A stretch of 64,000 nt of DNA from Geopsychrobacteraceae bacterium (GCA_963662315.1 OY759353.1:2432001-2496000); one strand, 5' to 3'. Shown: positions 38,655 through 48,070, counted from the first letter of the stretch. Made by a program: numbers and translations. The notes: generated by a model from the letters alone, not told the origin.

Positions 38655-39131
38655 ATGAAACTTTCTACAAAAAGTCGTTACGGAGTCCGGGCCATGTTTG
38701 ATATGGCCTATCATGCAGGCAACCTTCCTGCCCAGATCAAAGATATCTCGCGGCGACAGAATATATCACCGCGCTATCTTGAGCAAATTTTTCAGGATCT
38801 TAAAAAGGCCGGACTGCTAAAGAGTCGGCGTGGTCCGCAAGGTGGATATACCTTGGCCAGGACAGCGGATAAGATTACTGTAAAAGAAGTTATCCTGGCT
38901 GCAGAAGGCGAACTGATGTTGGTGAACTGCATCAAGGGGCTACGCAAAGATGGAGAAGCGCCTCCGACCTGCGAGTTCGACAATCAGTGCCTGACCCAAC
39001 ACATCTGGGCTGAAGGAAGTCGGATTCTTGGTGATTATTTCGCTTCAATCACCCTTAAGGACCTGTGTGACCGCGGTCAGGAACTCGGCCTTGAAAAAGA
39101 GTTGGATCATCGCTTTATGTATTTTATCTAA
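38655..39131 (+). CDS. Rrf2 family transcriptional regulator (IscR-like, 3 Cys + His)
   Basis: MKLSTKSRYG.RA, YLEQIF..L.KAGL..S.RGP.GGY, C...C.....CLTQH. RBS AGGAG before ATG 38655. Confidence 0.9.
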   Translation: MKLSTKSRYGVRAMFDMAYHAGNLPAQIKDISRRQNISPRYLEQIFQDLKKAGLLKSRRGPQGGYTLARTADKITVKEVILAAEGELMLVNCIKGLRKDGEAPPTCEFDNQCLTQHIWAEGSRILGDYFASITLKDLCDRGQELGLEKELDHRFMYFI

Positions 39132-39133
39132 TC

Positions 39134-39949
39134 ATGACTCTGGAACAGAAATATACCAGGCTTAAAGCGCTTCTCACGGAACTGGGACACGTTTCTGTTG
39201 CCTTTTCAGGTGGCGTCGATTCGACACTGTTACTAAAAATTGCCAGTGACACATTAGGATCAGACAAAGTTCTGGCATTAACGGCTGTTGCCCCGATCAT
39301 CCCTGAATTTGAGATTGAGCAAAGCAAGAAACTGGCGCAAAGATTCGGGGTTGTCCATCGCCTGATAGCTAACCAAGCTCTGGATAACCCTGAATTTGTC
39401 AAAAACTCTCCCGATCGCTGCTATCATTGCAAGCGTGCCATCTTCTCCCGCTTTTTTGACGAGCTGAAACTGTTTGGTTTTTCTGTTCTCCTTGATGGAA
39501 CCAACCTTGACGACATGACCGACTTTCGTCCAGGGCACAAGGCACTCAAAGAACTCGGCGTGCGCTCGCCGTTATTGGAAGCGGAGTTGACCAAGCAGGA
39601 CATCAGGGATTTGAGTCAGCAGTTGGAATTGCCGACCTGGAATATGCAGCCCTTAGCCTGCCTAGCCTCCCGTTTTCCATACGGGACACCAATTACCCTG
39701 GATAAACTTGAGAAGATCGAACGTTGCGAAAACTGGTTGCGGGAGCGGTCTTTCCATAATTACCGGGTACGTTGCCACGATCGCCTGGCCCGCCTTGAAA
39801 TTGACCCCGTGGATTTTCCACGCCTGCTGTCAGGCTTCTTGCGTGAGGAACTTGTCCAGGTTTTCAAGGAGTATGGCTTTGACTATGTCGCCCTCGACCT
39901 CCAGGGATTTCGCAGCGGCAGCATGAACGAAACTTTGGATAACGTCTGA
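39134..39949 (+). CDS. larE: ATP-dependent sulfur transferase LarE
   Basis: AFSGGVDS PP-loop, RCYHCK, DGTN.DD..D.RPG, ACLASRFPYG, GFRSGSMN. Confidence 0.9.
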   Translation: MTLEQKYTRLKALLTELGHVSVAFSGGVDSTLLLKIASDTLGSDKVLALTAVAPIIPEFEIEQSKKLAQRFGVVHRLIANQALDNPEFVKNSPDRCYHCKRAIFSRFFDELKLFGFSVLLDGTNLDDMTDFRPGHKALKELGVRSPLLEAELTKQDIRDLSQQLELPTWNMQPLACLASRFPYGTPITLDKLEKIERCENWLRERSFHNYRVRCHDRLARLEIDPVDFPRLLSGFLREELVQVFKEYGFDYVALDLQGFRSGSMNETLDNV

Positions 39950-40049
39950 TCACTTTTTCTCCAGCAGTCCCAACACAATGAATCGCTTATCTTTTTCATC
40001 ATAATATGGTAAAAGCACTGACAGTTCTTGCCTTACTTTAGCCGCAGGA

Positions 40050-40478
40050 GTGCTCATGCCAAGGAGTGGTGCTTTACTAGCAGTCTGTTTCGTCAGTGGC
40101 CTTTTGGGAGGGGTTGCGAAAAGCCTGTTGCTGTGGGCTTGTTCCAACTGGGGTGTTTTTTCCTTTATTAAAGTCAGCCTGTCCCAGCAATTATCCCTTA
40201 CACATTTCTACCCAGCCATGTTCATTGGTGGCCTGTGGGGACTGTTTTATTTCCTGTTTGTCGGTACGCCCCGCCAGCGTCGTCACTGGATCCGTAAAGG
40301 CTTCTGGATTTCTCTGATACCATCATTGGTTGCTGTTTTCTACCTGTATCCATCTGTCTATCAACACGGTTACGGCGGGGTAAAACTTGGTTGGATGATG
40401 CCTGCAGTGATTATTATCGCTAACCTGTGCTGGGGATTCTTCACCGGATTCTTCACCCGTCTGCTCTGGGGACGCTGA
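40050..40478 (+). CDS. Hypothetical membrane protein
   Basis: About four hydrophobic segments; translationally coupled to the nuclease gene. Confidence 0.65.
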   Translation: MLMPRSGALLAVCFVSGLLGGVAKSLLLWACSNWGVFSFIKVSLSQQLSLTHFYPAMFIGGLWGLFYFLFVGTPRQRRHWIRKGFWISLIPSLVAVFYLYPSVYQHGYGGVKLGWMMPAVIIIANLCWGFFTGFFTRLLWGR

Positions 40479-40479
40479 C

Positions 40480-40965
40480 ATGCTGAAATCTGTCCTGCTG
40501 CTGATTGTCCTGTGCATTGGTTCGGCGGCGTTTGCCGGAGAACTGCAGGGACGGGTCGCGTGGGTTTATGATGGTGATACCATCGAAGTCAATAACATCG
40601 GTAAAGTCCGCCTTTTGGGAATCGATTCACCAGAATACAAAGATTCACCGCGCGATGATTTCTACCTGAAAAAGTTTCATATCCCCCGTCAGCATCTGCG
40701 CAAAATCGCCCAAGCTGCAAAGCGCTTCACGATTACCAATGCCAAAGGCAAAGTGGTCCGTGTGGAGCCGGGCAAAACCCGTTATGACAAGTATGGACGA
40801 TTGCTTGCTTATGTCTATCTGCCTAATCGTCAACAACTGAATACGCTATTACTGCAACAAGGGCTGGCCACTGTTTTCAGGCGCTATGATTTCGCGCAGA
40901 AAAAAAGTTTCCTCGCCATAGAGCAGCAGGCCCAAAAAGCGAGAGTCGGCCTGTGGAATAAATAA
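40480..40965 (+). CDS. Thermonuclease (SNase-like) family protein
   Basis: Signal peptide, DGDT, VRLLGID.PE, DKYGRLLAYVY, A...GLW. Confidence 0.9.
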   Translation: MLKSVLLLIVLCIGSAAFAGELQGRVAWVYDGDTIEVNNIGKVRLLGIDSPEYKDSPRDDFYLKKFHIPRQHLRKIAQAAKRFTITNAKGKVVRVEPGKTRYDKYGRLLAYVYLPNRQQLNTLLLQQGLATVFRRYDFAQKKSFLAIEQQAQKARVGLWNK

Positions 40966-40991
40966 TCAAACCAGGAAAATATAATACTATC

Positions 40992-42116
40992 ATGGAAAAA
41001 TTGAGCCAGCTGCAGCATCTGATCGACCAGACGGTCTTTGGAATTGATCTGATACGTTTTATCTGTGCCTTCATTACAATCATTATCGCCCTGATCGCCA
41101 AAAAAGTGATCAGTCATTTGTGCACCAGAGCCTTCTTTAAGGCAGCCCGCAAAACCACCAGCAGTCTTGACGACAGTTTCGTGAAGAGTCTCAATAAACC
41201 TGCGGAGTTTCTGGTCGTCATCATTGGCCTGTACTGTGCGGTCACCATTTTACAACTGCCGAAAGAACCGACAAACCTTGACCTACTGGGTCATAACCTG
41301 ATCAAGGGGCTCTTTGTTCTTAATATTGCCTGGCTCTGCTTTAATCTTGTTACTTTACTTGAACAATGGATGAACCTCTGGGCCAGGCGCACTGAATCTA
41401 CTCTTGACGACCACCTGGTCCCTTTTATCCGCAAAAGCCTGAGGGTTTTTATTGTTGTTATCGCTTTACTGGTACTTATTCAAAATCTGGGTTATTCGAT
41501 CTCTGGCCTGCTTGCATCACTCGGCCTTGGTGGACTGGCCGTAGCGCTGGCGGCCAAGGATAGTTTATCCAATATCTTCGGCTCTCTGATGATTATTCTC
41601 GACCGACCGTTCAGCATTGGCGACTGGATCCAGGCTGGCAACATGGAAGGAACCGTCGAGGAAATTGGTTTTCGTTCCACTCGGATTAGAACCTTTGCCA
41701 AGACACTGATAACAGTTCCAAACAGTGTCCTGATGAATATGTCGATCAATAATTACAGCCAGATGCCGAAACGACGCATCAAATTGAGTGTCGGTATCAC
41801 CTATGCTTCGGCCCCCGCTCAGGTGCGTCAGGCGGTTAGCGCAATTCGTGAACTGTTACGCAACCATCCGGCTATTGACCAGGAATTTTTCCTGGTGAAC
41901 TTCACCGATTTCGGTCCGTCTTCTCTTGATATTAGGGTTTATTGTTTTACGACCAGCACGGTCTGGGGGGAATATCTTGATGCGCGCGAGGATGTCTGCC
42001 TGAAGATCATGGATGAATTGCAGAAACTGGGTCTTGAAATCGCCTTTCCAAGCCAGACCCTGTACCTGCATGATATGGCCGAGAAACGCCAGAAAAGCGA
42101 TGTTGTTGAATTCTGA
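40992..42116 (+). CDS. Small-conductance mechanosensitive channel (MscS family)
   Basis: LASLGLGGLAVALAAKD.L.N, RPF.IGDWI, GTVEEIGFRSTRIRT, IAFPSQT. Confidence 0.92.
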   Translation: MEKLSQLQHLIDQTVFGIDLIRFICAFITIIIALIAKKVISHLCTRAFFKAARKTTSSLDDSFVKSLNKPAEFLVVIIGLYCAVTILQLPKEPTNLDLLGHNLIKGLFVLNIAWLCFNLVTLLEQWMNLWARRTESTLDDHLVPFIRKSLRVFIVVIALLVLIQNLGYSISGLLASLGLGGLAVALAAKDSLSNIFGSLMIILDRPFSIGDWIQAGNMEGTVEEIGFRSTRIRTFAKTLITVPNSVLMNMSINNYSQMPKRRIKLSVGITYASAPAQVRQAVSAIRELLRNHPAIDQEFFLVNFTDFGPSSLDIRVYCFTTSTVWGEYLDAREDVCLKIMDELQKLGLEIAFPSQTLYLHDMAEKRQKSDVVEF

Positions 42117-42644
42117 TCAGGACACCTGTTGCCCCGCTGTCAGATAGGCAAAAACCAGTTCTTCAAGTCCCATTTCTTCCGGTTTAACTTTGCGAAAGCG
42201 GTCAACAACATGTTCTTCTTCAATTTTGACTACTTTTTGACTTTCAGAAACAGGGACTGCTGCATCGGGTAACGACGCAGAAGCATCTGTTTGGGAGGCT
42301 GGTTCAGGAGCCGCACCAGGGGGAACATGTGTCGCCTTCTGAACACCGACAGCACCAGAAAGACCCGCCAGGGAAATTCCCAGGGCGACAATCCGCTCAT
42401 CAAAGTCACCGTGAGTCAGGCTGCGCAGCATTCCTTTGTGCTGCTCTTTAGCCAGATCTTCAATAACCATTTCCAGATTGTCAACTTTCAGGATATCGGC
42501 ATAAACGGTCTTTTTAGAGGCGATAATCGTACCACCATGGTAAAGCAGTGTGACAAGATTAGGATTTTTTGGTCCACTATCTTCAGTCTGAACGTGAAAC
42601 CCTGCCCCCCGATAAGTCACATTATGATTAAAACCAATAATCAT
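42117..42644 (-). CDS. Conserved hypothetical protein
   Basis: MIIGFNHNV.YRG..FHVQTEDSG N-terminus; RBS GGGGAG before ATG 42644. Confidence 0.7.
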   Translation of the reverse strand: MIIGFNHNVTYRGAGFHVQTEDSGPKNPNLVTLLYHGGTIIASKKTVYADILKVDNLEMVIEDLAKEQHKGMLRSLTHGDFDERIVALGISLAGLSGAVGVQKATHVPPGAAPEPASQTDASASLPDAAVPVSESQKVVKIEEEHVVDRFRKVKPEEMGLEELVFAYLTAGQQVS

Positions 42645-42714
42645 CTTCTCCCCCTGTTGTATTGTTCCTCGTCTTGGCCCCTTGCATAATATCACGCCCC
42701 TGTCCGCAACGCGG

Positions 42715-43338
42715 TCAGTTTAGCGCCTTATCAATCAGCTGTTCAACACTCAAATCACCCTTTTCTTCAGAACGTACCGGCAGCGGACCCTGCACCAGGG
42801 CGAAATCGACGGTTACCGGCTGATCAACGCGGGCGTGCCCTTTCAGGGTCTGACGCACGTCACCCTCAATCAGAATCTGCAGCTGGCGCAAATAGGAAAA
42901 GTTTTCATTCAAAGTATCAATCAAGCTATAGATTGTCAGCAGCTCGGACAGATTTCCACCGGGGTGAAAATCACTCAGGTGACGTGAAAAATCGACCCGC
43001 ACCAGATCATTTTCGACCCCCACGCTCAAAATTTGCGTTTCCTTGGGCAGCACAGCGACAGCCTCTTGTTCTGGTCCGGCAACAAGCGCCTCAAGAAGTT
43101 CTTTGATACACATGGCTTCATCATTACACCCAGGAATTTCACGACTTTCCACGGCAAGTGCAGTTCCATCCGGAGACGCAAAATAAAGCTGGACCAAACG
43201 TGGCGGAAGCTGGGCGACAATAACCGGAGCAACCTGTTGCTCGACTTTATCATGATCCTGGACAAACCAGCTGAGGCCATAGCCCGCCAGAACCCCGATA
43301 ATGACAACGCCAATCACACTCAAAAAAAAGTTTTTCAT
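42715..43338 (-). CDS. GerMN domain protein
   Basis: N-terminal TM, LYF, L..GP, VDFS, E..TIYS...TL, QILIEG. Confidence 0.85.
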   Translation of the reverse strand: MKNFFLSVIGVVIIGVLAGYGLSWFVQDHDKVEQQVAPVIVAQLPPRLVQLYFASPDGTALAVESREIPGCNDEAMCIKELLEALVAGPEQEAVAVLPKETQILSVGVENDLVRVDFSRHLSDFHPGGNLSELLTIYSLIDTLNENFSYLRQLQILIEGDVRQTLKGHARVDQPVTVDFALVQGPLPVRSEEKGDLSVEQLIDKALN

Positions 43339-43340
43339 AT

Positions 43341-44153
43341 TTACCCTATCTGTACCTGTTCGACCCTGGTCAGCTGTCTCCCCAGAAAGGCTCGTCCGAC
43401 ATTTTCAAAACGCGTCGGTACATCAGTAACATAAAAGGACCGCGATCCTCCATGTTCGGGATGAGTCAACCCCTGTTCCTCAAATAACTTCCAGACGGTC
43501 TTGGCTGTTTCTTCGGCAGAATCCACCAGCACAACGGTCGGCCCCAGAACTTTAGTCAAGGTCCGGCGTAACAATGGATAATGGGTACACCCTAAAACCA
43601 AGGTATCGATGCGCGCGGTTATTAATGGTTGCAGATATTCACAAGCAGTCAGCCGGGCAATTTCATGATCCGCCCACCCCTCCTCGGCCAGGGGGACAAA
43701 CAATGGGCAAGCGACGGAAAAGATCTCCGCTTCGGGCAGCAGCTGCTTGATGGCTTCTGGATAACGACCACTATTGATAGTTCCTTCTGTACCTATGACA
43801 CCGATGCGCCGGTTCATACTGGCTGCAGCCCGGCGGGCACCTGGTTCAATAACGCCGATAACCGGCAGGTTGAACCGTTCCCGTAGCAGGGGCAAAGCCA
43901 CAGCAGAAGCTGTATTACAAGCAACAATCAGCAGTTTTACACCCTGATCAACCAGAAATTCAGCGGCTTCGATCGCGTAACGCTGCACCGTTCTGACACT
44001 TTTGGTGCCATACGGAACCCGCGCAGTATCGCCCAGATATATGAGATTTTCATTGGGCAACAACTTCGCGACTTCTTTAAACACGGTTAACCCGCCGACA
44101 CCGGAATCAAAAATACCGATGGCACGATAACGCATAATACTCCATTCAGACAC
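43341..44153 (-). CDS. murI: Glutamate racemase
   Basis: FDSGVGGLTV, PYG.KS, ACNTAS, LGCTHYP. Start may be 44135. Confidence 0.96.
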   Translation of the reverse strand: MSEWSIMRYRAIGIFDSGVGGLTVFKEVAKLLPNENLIYLGDTARVPYGTKSVRTVQRYAIEAAEFLVDQGVKLLIVACNTASAVALPLLRERFNLPVIGVIEPGARRAAASMNRRIGVIGTEGTINSGRYPEAIKQLLPEAEIFSVACPLFVPLAEEGWADHEIARLTACEYLQPLITARIDTLVLGCTHYPLLRRTLTKVLGPTVVLVDSAEETAKTVWKLFEEQGLTHPEHGGSRSFYVTDVPTRFENVGRAFLGRQLTRVEQVQIG

Positions 44154-44393
44154 ATGGTCATCGCTATAAATACAACCGCTTTAAAGCGTGATCTAACAGG
44201 GTGTCGAAAAAACAGGATTGAGGCAGCCGGGCAGCGTGGATATAGCAGCTGTCAAAACACTTCAAGGACTGCCATTAAGCCAGCCATCGTAGTTAAGCTC
44301 CCGAATAAAGTCAAGATTTACGGGCTTTTCAGACTTCCACCGTTTCCGACAATCTGCTACTATTCGCAACAACCGGTTATACAAGGAGAAACT

Positions 44394-44726
44394 ATGAATT
44401 GGGAAACAATCAAAGAGTATCTTGATCCATTTCGCACCGATCAGATCATGATGAAACTGCAAGAGTGGAATGTCGGTGATTTATCAACCAACCCATGGTT
44501 CCTGGGCGGTTTTGCTGCTGCGATTCTGCTGACCTATTTTATTGGATGGCGGACAATTTCTGCATTTTTGACTGGCATTGGCGGCTTTGCCCTGGCCCTG
44601 TCATGGACGGTCAGCAAAGGAACCGGCACGGAAGGTATCGAGAACGGCGGCATCTATATCATTGTTGGTGGCGGAGCGATTGTCGTTGGTCTGTTTATCT
44701 ATATCCTATTTATTAAAAGTGAGTGA
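44394..44726 (+). CDS. Hypothetical membrane protein
   Basis: Strong RBS AAGGAG before ATG 44394; three hydrophobic helices. Confidence 0.7.
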   Translation: MNWETIKEYLDPFRTDQIMMKLQEWNVGDLSTNPWFLGGFAAAILLTYFIGWRTISAFLTGIGGFALALSWTVSKGTGTEGIENGGIYIIVGGGAIVVGLFIYILFIKSE

Positions 44727-44761
44727 CCACCGGTCATTTCCCTTTCCCCCCTGGATATCTC

Positions 44762-45016
44762 ATGAAAAAACGTGACATTCTGCTGATTATCGGCGGCCTG
44801 GCAATTCTGACATTTCTGTGGCTGGCTCCGGAAGAATCAACCCACCCGGTTCCTCGGGATGAGACCCATCTGCGCTTTTACGATATTGTCAAACAGGATG
44901 GCAAAAAGGCCGCGGAAAAGTTTTGCGAAGAATGCCACAACGACAGCGGCGTTCCCTTCCCGGCAGATCATCCACCGAAAGCCCGCTGCCTGTTCTGTCA
45001 TAAGGTAAAATTCTGA
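44762..45016 (+). CDS. Small diheme c-type cytochrome
   Basis: N-terminal anchor and two CxxCH motifs (CEECH, CLFCH). Confidence 0.8.
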   Translation: MKKRDILLIIGGLAILTFLWLAPEESTHPVPRDETHLRFYDIVKQDGKKAAEKFCEECHNDSGVPFPADHPPKARCLFCHKVKF

Positions 45017-45063
45017 TACAGAATAAAACCCTTATTCTTTTCGATCAGCTTCAACATACCGGC

Positions 45064-45768
45064 TTATATTCCCCGGATATAAACCTCTTTAGCGGCGCTG
45101 CGCATGTGCTCGGCAAAGCTGTGCAGGACTTCAGGCAGGTAAGGCTCCATTGCCTGCCAACAGGGATCCATGGCATGACCGGGAACATACTGCTGCAGAA
45201 CCCATAGCGGTGCTCCTTCAAGTAATCGGGCCATGTCTTCAATTTCAGCAAATCCGACCAAAGCCGGGATACAGGTGGTCCGAAATTCAACTTCGACATT
45301 GGCCTGTTTGAGCAGCTTTACGGTCTCGCTCAGTCCGTTAACGGCAAACGGTCGTTGATGTAATTCGTGATAACGGCCAGGGGCGGTTTTGATATCAACG
45401 GCAAAATAATCGACCAGTTCTTGATCAAGCAACTGCTCAACGACTTTGGGAGCCAAACCGTTGGTATCCAGTTTGACGTCGAGGTCTAAAGCCTTGAGCT
45501 GTGCTAAAAATGCCGGCAAACCCGGATCGATGGTCGGTTCTCCGCCCGATATAACGACCCCATCGACAAAACCTCTGCGTTTTTCCAGGTCTGCCAGCAA
45601 CTCTTTAAGAGGAAAATCCGGAAAAGCTTCAGGGTCCTGAACCAGCCCACCGTTATGGCAGTAGGGACAACTCAGATTACAGCCTCCGGTGAAAAGCAGA
45701 GATGCGACCCGCCCTGGAAAGTCCAGCAGGCTGGTCCCCTGAAAACCTTTGATAGAAATTGTTTTCAG
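45064..45768 (-). CDS. nrdG: Anaerobic ribonucleotide reductase activating enzyme (radical SAM)
   Basis: The frame stays open upstream of the tracked ORF: IKGFQGTSLLDFPGRVASLLFTGGCNLSCPYCHN (CxxxCxxC), later GVVISGGEPT and KLDTNG. Likely CTG start at 45768. Confidence 0.9.
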   Translation of the reverse strand: MKTISIKGFQGTSLLDFPGRVASLLFTGGCNLSCPYCHNGGLVQDPEAFPDFPLKELLADLEKRRGFVDGVVISGGEPTIDPGLPAFLAQLKALDLDVKLDTNGLAPKVVEQLLDQELVDYFAVDIKTAPGRYHELHQRPFAVNGLSETVKLLKQANVEVEFRTTCIPALVGFAEIEDMARLLEGAPLWVLQQYVPGHAMDPCWQAMEPYLPEVLHSFAEHMRSAAKEVYIRGI

Positions 45769-45911
45769 CGCTGTGACTCCCGAGGAGAAACAACATATTC
45801 AGAACGATCTTTGAATTCCTCTTTTTTCCCCTTGTTCCATTGCTGAACCGGGCGAAAAAAGCCACATACTCTTGAATACACTTCTGTTTTTGCGTCACAT
45901 TTGGTTGCCAT
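45765..45911 (-). CDS. 48-aa stand-alone NrdD C-terminal glycyl-radical peptide (MATKCDAKTEVYSRVCGFFRPVQQWNKGKKEEFKDRSEYVVSPRESQR)
   Basis: Hand translation. TEVYSRVCG..RPV..WN.GK..EF.DR is the NrdD C-terminal signature; RBS AAGGAG 5 nt before the ATG. Confidence 0.9.
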   Translation of the reverse strand: MATKCDAKTEVYSRVCGFFRPVQQWNKGKKEEFKDRSEYVVSPRESQR

Positions 45912-45942
45912 AAAATCTCCTTAACAATTATTAAACACGCGG

Positions 45943-47931
45943 TCAGGCCGCCTTTCCTTCCTGGTGGTGCGGGCAGGCAAAGTGCTCACCTGAAATATAG
46001 CCATGAACCGGACAGATCGTGAAGGTCGGGCTCAGGGTAAAATAGGGTAGATGAAAGTTTTCAGCGATCCTCTTAACCAGCAACCGGGCGCTACGCCAGT
46101 CCTCCAGGCGTTCCCCCAGGAAGCCATGGAAAACCGTGCCTCCGGTATAACGGGTCTGCAAGCCGTCCTGATGGGTCAGTGCCTCGTAGATATCTTCTGT
46201 AATGCCGACCGGCAGCTGAGTTGAGTTGGTATAGTAAGGCTCGTCGGTACCGGCGCTGATAATCTCTGGGTAGCGCTTGCGGTCACTGTTGGCCAGTCGG
46301 AAACTGGTTCCTTCAGCCGGAGTTGCCTCAAGGTTGAACAGATGCCCGGTTTCGTCCTGAAACACTTCTAGCTGAGTTCGCATGAAATCGAGAGTTTCCT
46401 GGGCCAGAACTTTGCCTTCCTCACTGTCAATCCCCTGGCCAATCAGGTTCAGACAGGCCTCATGCATCCCCAGCAGCCCGATAGTGGAAAAATGGTTATC
46501 CCAGTAGCTGCCACTGCGCTCCCGGATAGATCCAAGGTAAAACTTACTGTACGGATACAGACCATCATCAGTAAAACGCTCAAGCTGCTTGCGCTTAATT
46601 TCCAGCGATTGCTGTGCAAGCTTCATCAGGCTGCTGATCCGGGCAAAAAAGTCTTCCTTGCTGCCCGCCAGATACGCTGCGCGGGGCAGGTTCATGGTAA
46701 CAACGCCAATAGACCCGGTCATCGGGTTAGACCCGAACAGACCACCTCCACGGCGTCGTAATTCACGGTTGTCCAGGCGCAGGCGGCAGCACATGGATCG
46801 GGCATCTTCTGGATCCATGTCAGAATTGACAAAGTTACTGAAGTATGGAATGCCGTACTTGGCCGTCATTTCCCAGACCGGCAGCAGACGGTCGCTTTCC
46901 CAGTCGAGGTCGCGGGTAATATTGTAGGTCGGAATCGGGAAGGAGAAGATCCGCCCCGAAGCGTCCCCCTGCATCATGACCTCACAGAAAGCACGATTGA
47001 GAAGGTCCATCTCTTTCTGGAATTCACCATAACAGCGATCTCTCAACTCGCCACCAATAACCACCGCCTCTTTAGCCATATTCCCCGGCACCATCATATC
47101 CATGGTGATGTTGGTAAAGGGGGTCTGAAAACCGACGCGGGTCGGGACGTTCATATTGAAAACGAATTCCTGCAACGACTGCTTGACCTCGTCATAGGTT
47201 AATTGGTCATAAGCAATAAAAGGCGCCAGAAGGGTATCAAAATTGGCGAAAGCCTGAGCCCCGGCAGCTTCCCCCTGCAGCGTATAAAAGAAATTGACCA
47301 CCTGCCCCAGTGCGGTACGAAAATGCTTAGGCGGACCGCTCTGCACTTTTCCGTAGGCACCGGTAAAGCCTTTCAGGAGCAGGTCCTTAAGGTCCCAGCC
47401 ACAGCAGTACACGGATAACAGGCCAAGATCATGGATGTGGAAATCGCCCTCACGGTGAGCATTGGCAATATCATCGGGATAGATCTTGTTCAACCAGTAA
47501 TTACTGGTGATATTTGAGGCGATATGGTTATTGAGCCCCTGCAGCGAGTAGCCCATATTGGCATTTTCGTTAACACGCCAATCTTCGCGCACCAGGTAGG
47601 AATCGATAGCGTCAATCGACTGCTGCATGAATTCACGGGTACGGCGCATCGTCTCATGCTGTTTTCGGTAAAGAATAAAGGCTTTGGCCGTCTGGGCATG
47701 ACCATTTTCGATCAATATTTTCTCAACCAGATCCTGGACATTCTCTACCGTGGGAGCCTGCCCCTCCTTATAGAGAACGTTCAGAATACCCGATACCTGA
47801 CGGGAAATGTCTGCGGCCTTGTCAAAATCACGACCACCAACAGCTTCGACAGCTTTAATAATCGCTTTTTTTATTTTAGGTTCTTCAAAAGGAACAAGAC
47901 GGCCGTCACGCTTGCGGATAAATTCTGGCAT
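45943..47931 (-). CDS. nrdD: Class III ribonucleoside-triphosphate reductase, large fragment (ATP cone + catalytic barrel, no Gly-radical loop)
   Basis: IRKRDG ATP cone, HIHDL, YCCGW, RSMCCRL, EATPAEG, YTGGT. Ends at CPVHGY..GE...CPHH. Confidence 0.95.
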   Translation of the reverse strand: MPEFIRKRDGRLVPFEEPKIKKAIIKAVEAVGGRDFDKAADISRQVSGILNVLYKEGQAPTVENVQDLVEKILIENGHAQTAKAFILYRKQHETMRRTREFMQQSIDAIDSYLVREDWRVNENANMGYSLQGLNNHIASNITSNYWLNKIYPDDIANAHREGDFHIHDLGLLSVYCCGWDLKDLLLKGFTGAYGKVQSGPPKHFRTALGQVVNFFYTLQGEAAGAQAFANFDTLLAPFIAYDQLTYDEVKQSLQEFVFNMNVPTRVGFQTPFTNITMDMMVPGNMAKEAVVIGGELRDRCYGEFQKEMDLLNRAFCEVMMQGDASGRIFSFPIPTYNITRDLDWESDRLLPVWEMTAKYGIPYFSNFVNSDMDPEDARSMCCRLRLDNRELRRRGGGLFGSNPMTGSIGVVTMNLPRAAYLAGSKEDFFARISSLMKLAQQSLEIKRKQLERFTDDGLYPYSKFYLGSIRERSGSYWDNHFSTIGLLGMHEACLNLIGQGIDSEEGKVLAQETLDFMRTQLEVFQDETGHLFNLEATPAEGTSFRLANSDRKRYPEIISAGTDEPYYTNSTQLPVGITEDIYEALTHQDGLQTRYTGGTVFHGFLGERLEDWRSARLLVKRIAENFHLPYFTLSPTFTICPVHGYISGEHFACPHHQEGKAA

Positions 47932-48070
47932 TCAAATACCCCTTCCTGCCATTCAATCTGGAGGCTTACAGATAGGTTGGATATATACTCATAACTATTT
48001 TTTTGTATCAACATTCAGACAAACAATGTCGCCAAGGGTAGCATAAGTTGACGGCACCCCCAAACTAAAA

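Noticed and set aside
45677..45898. Tracked 73-aa minus-strand ORF (MTQKQKC...) between nrdD and nrdG
   Set aside because: Wrong frame. The real products are the 48-aa radical peptide and the N-terminal extension of nrdG.
45912..45945. nrdD as a simple frameshifted pseudogene
   Set aside because: The downstream part has its own strong RBS and ATG, the spacer is AT-rich and does not look like coding sequence, and the NrdR boxes and nrdG are intact. A read check is still advisable.
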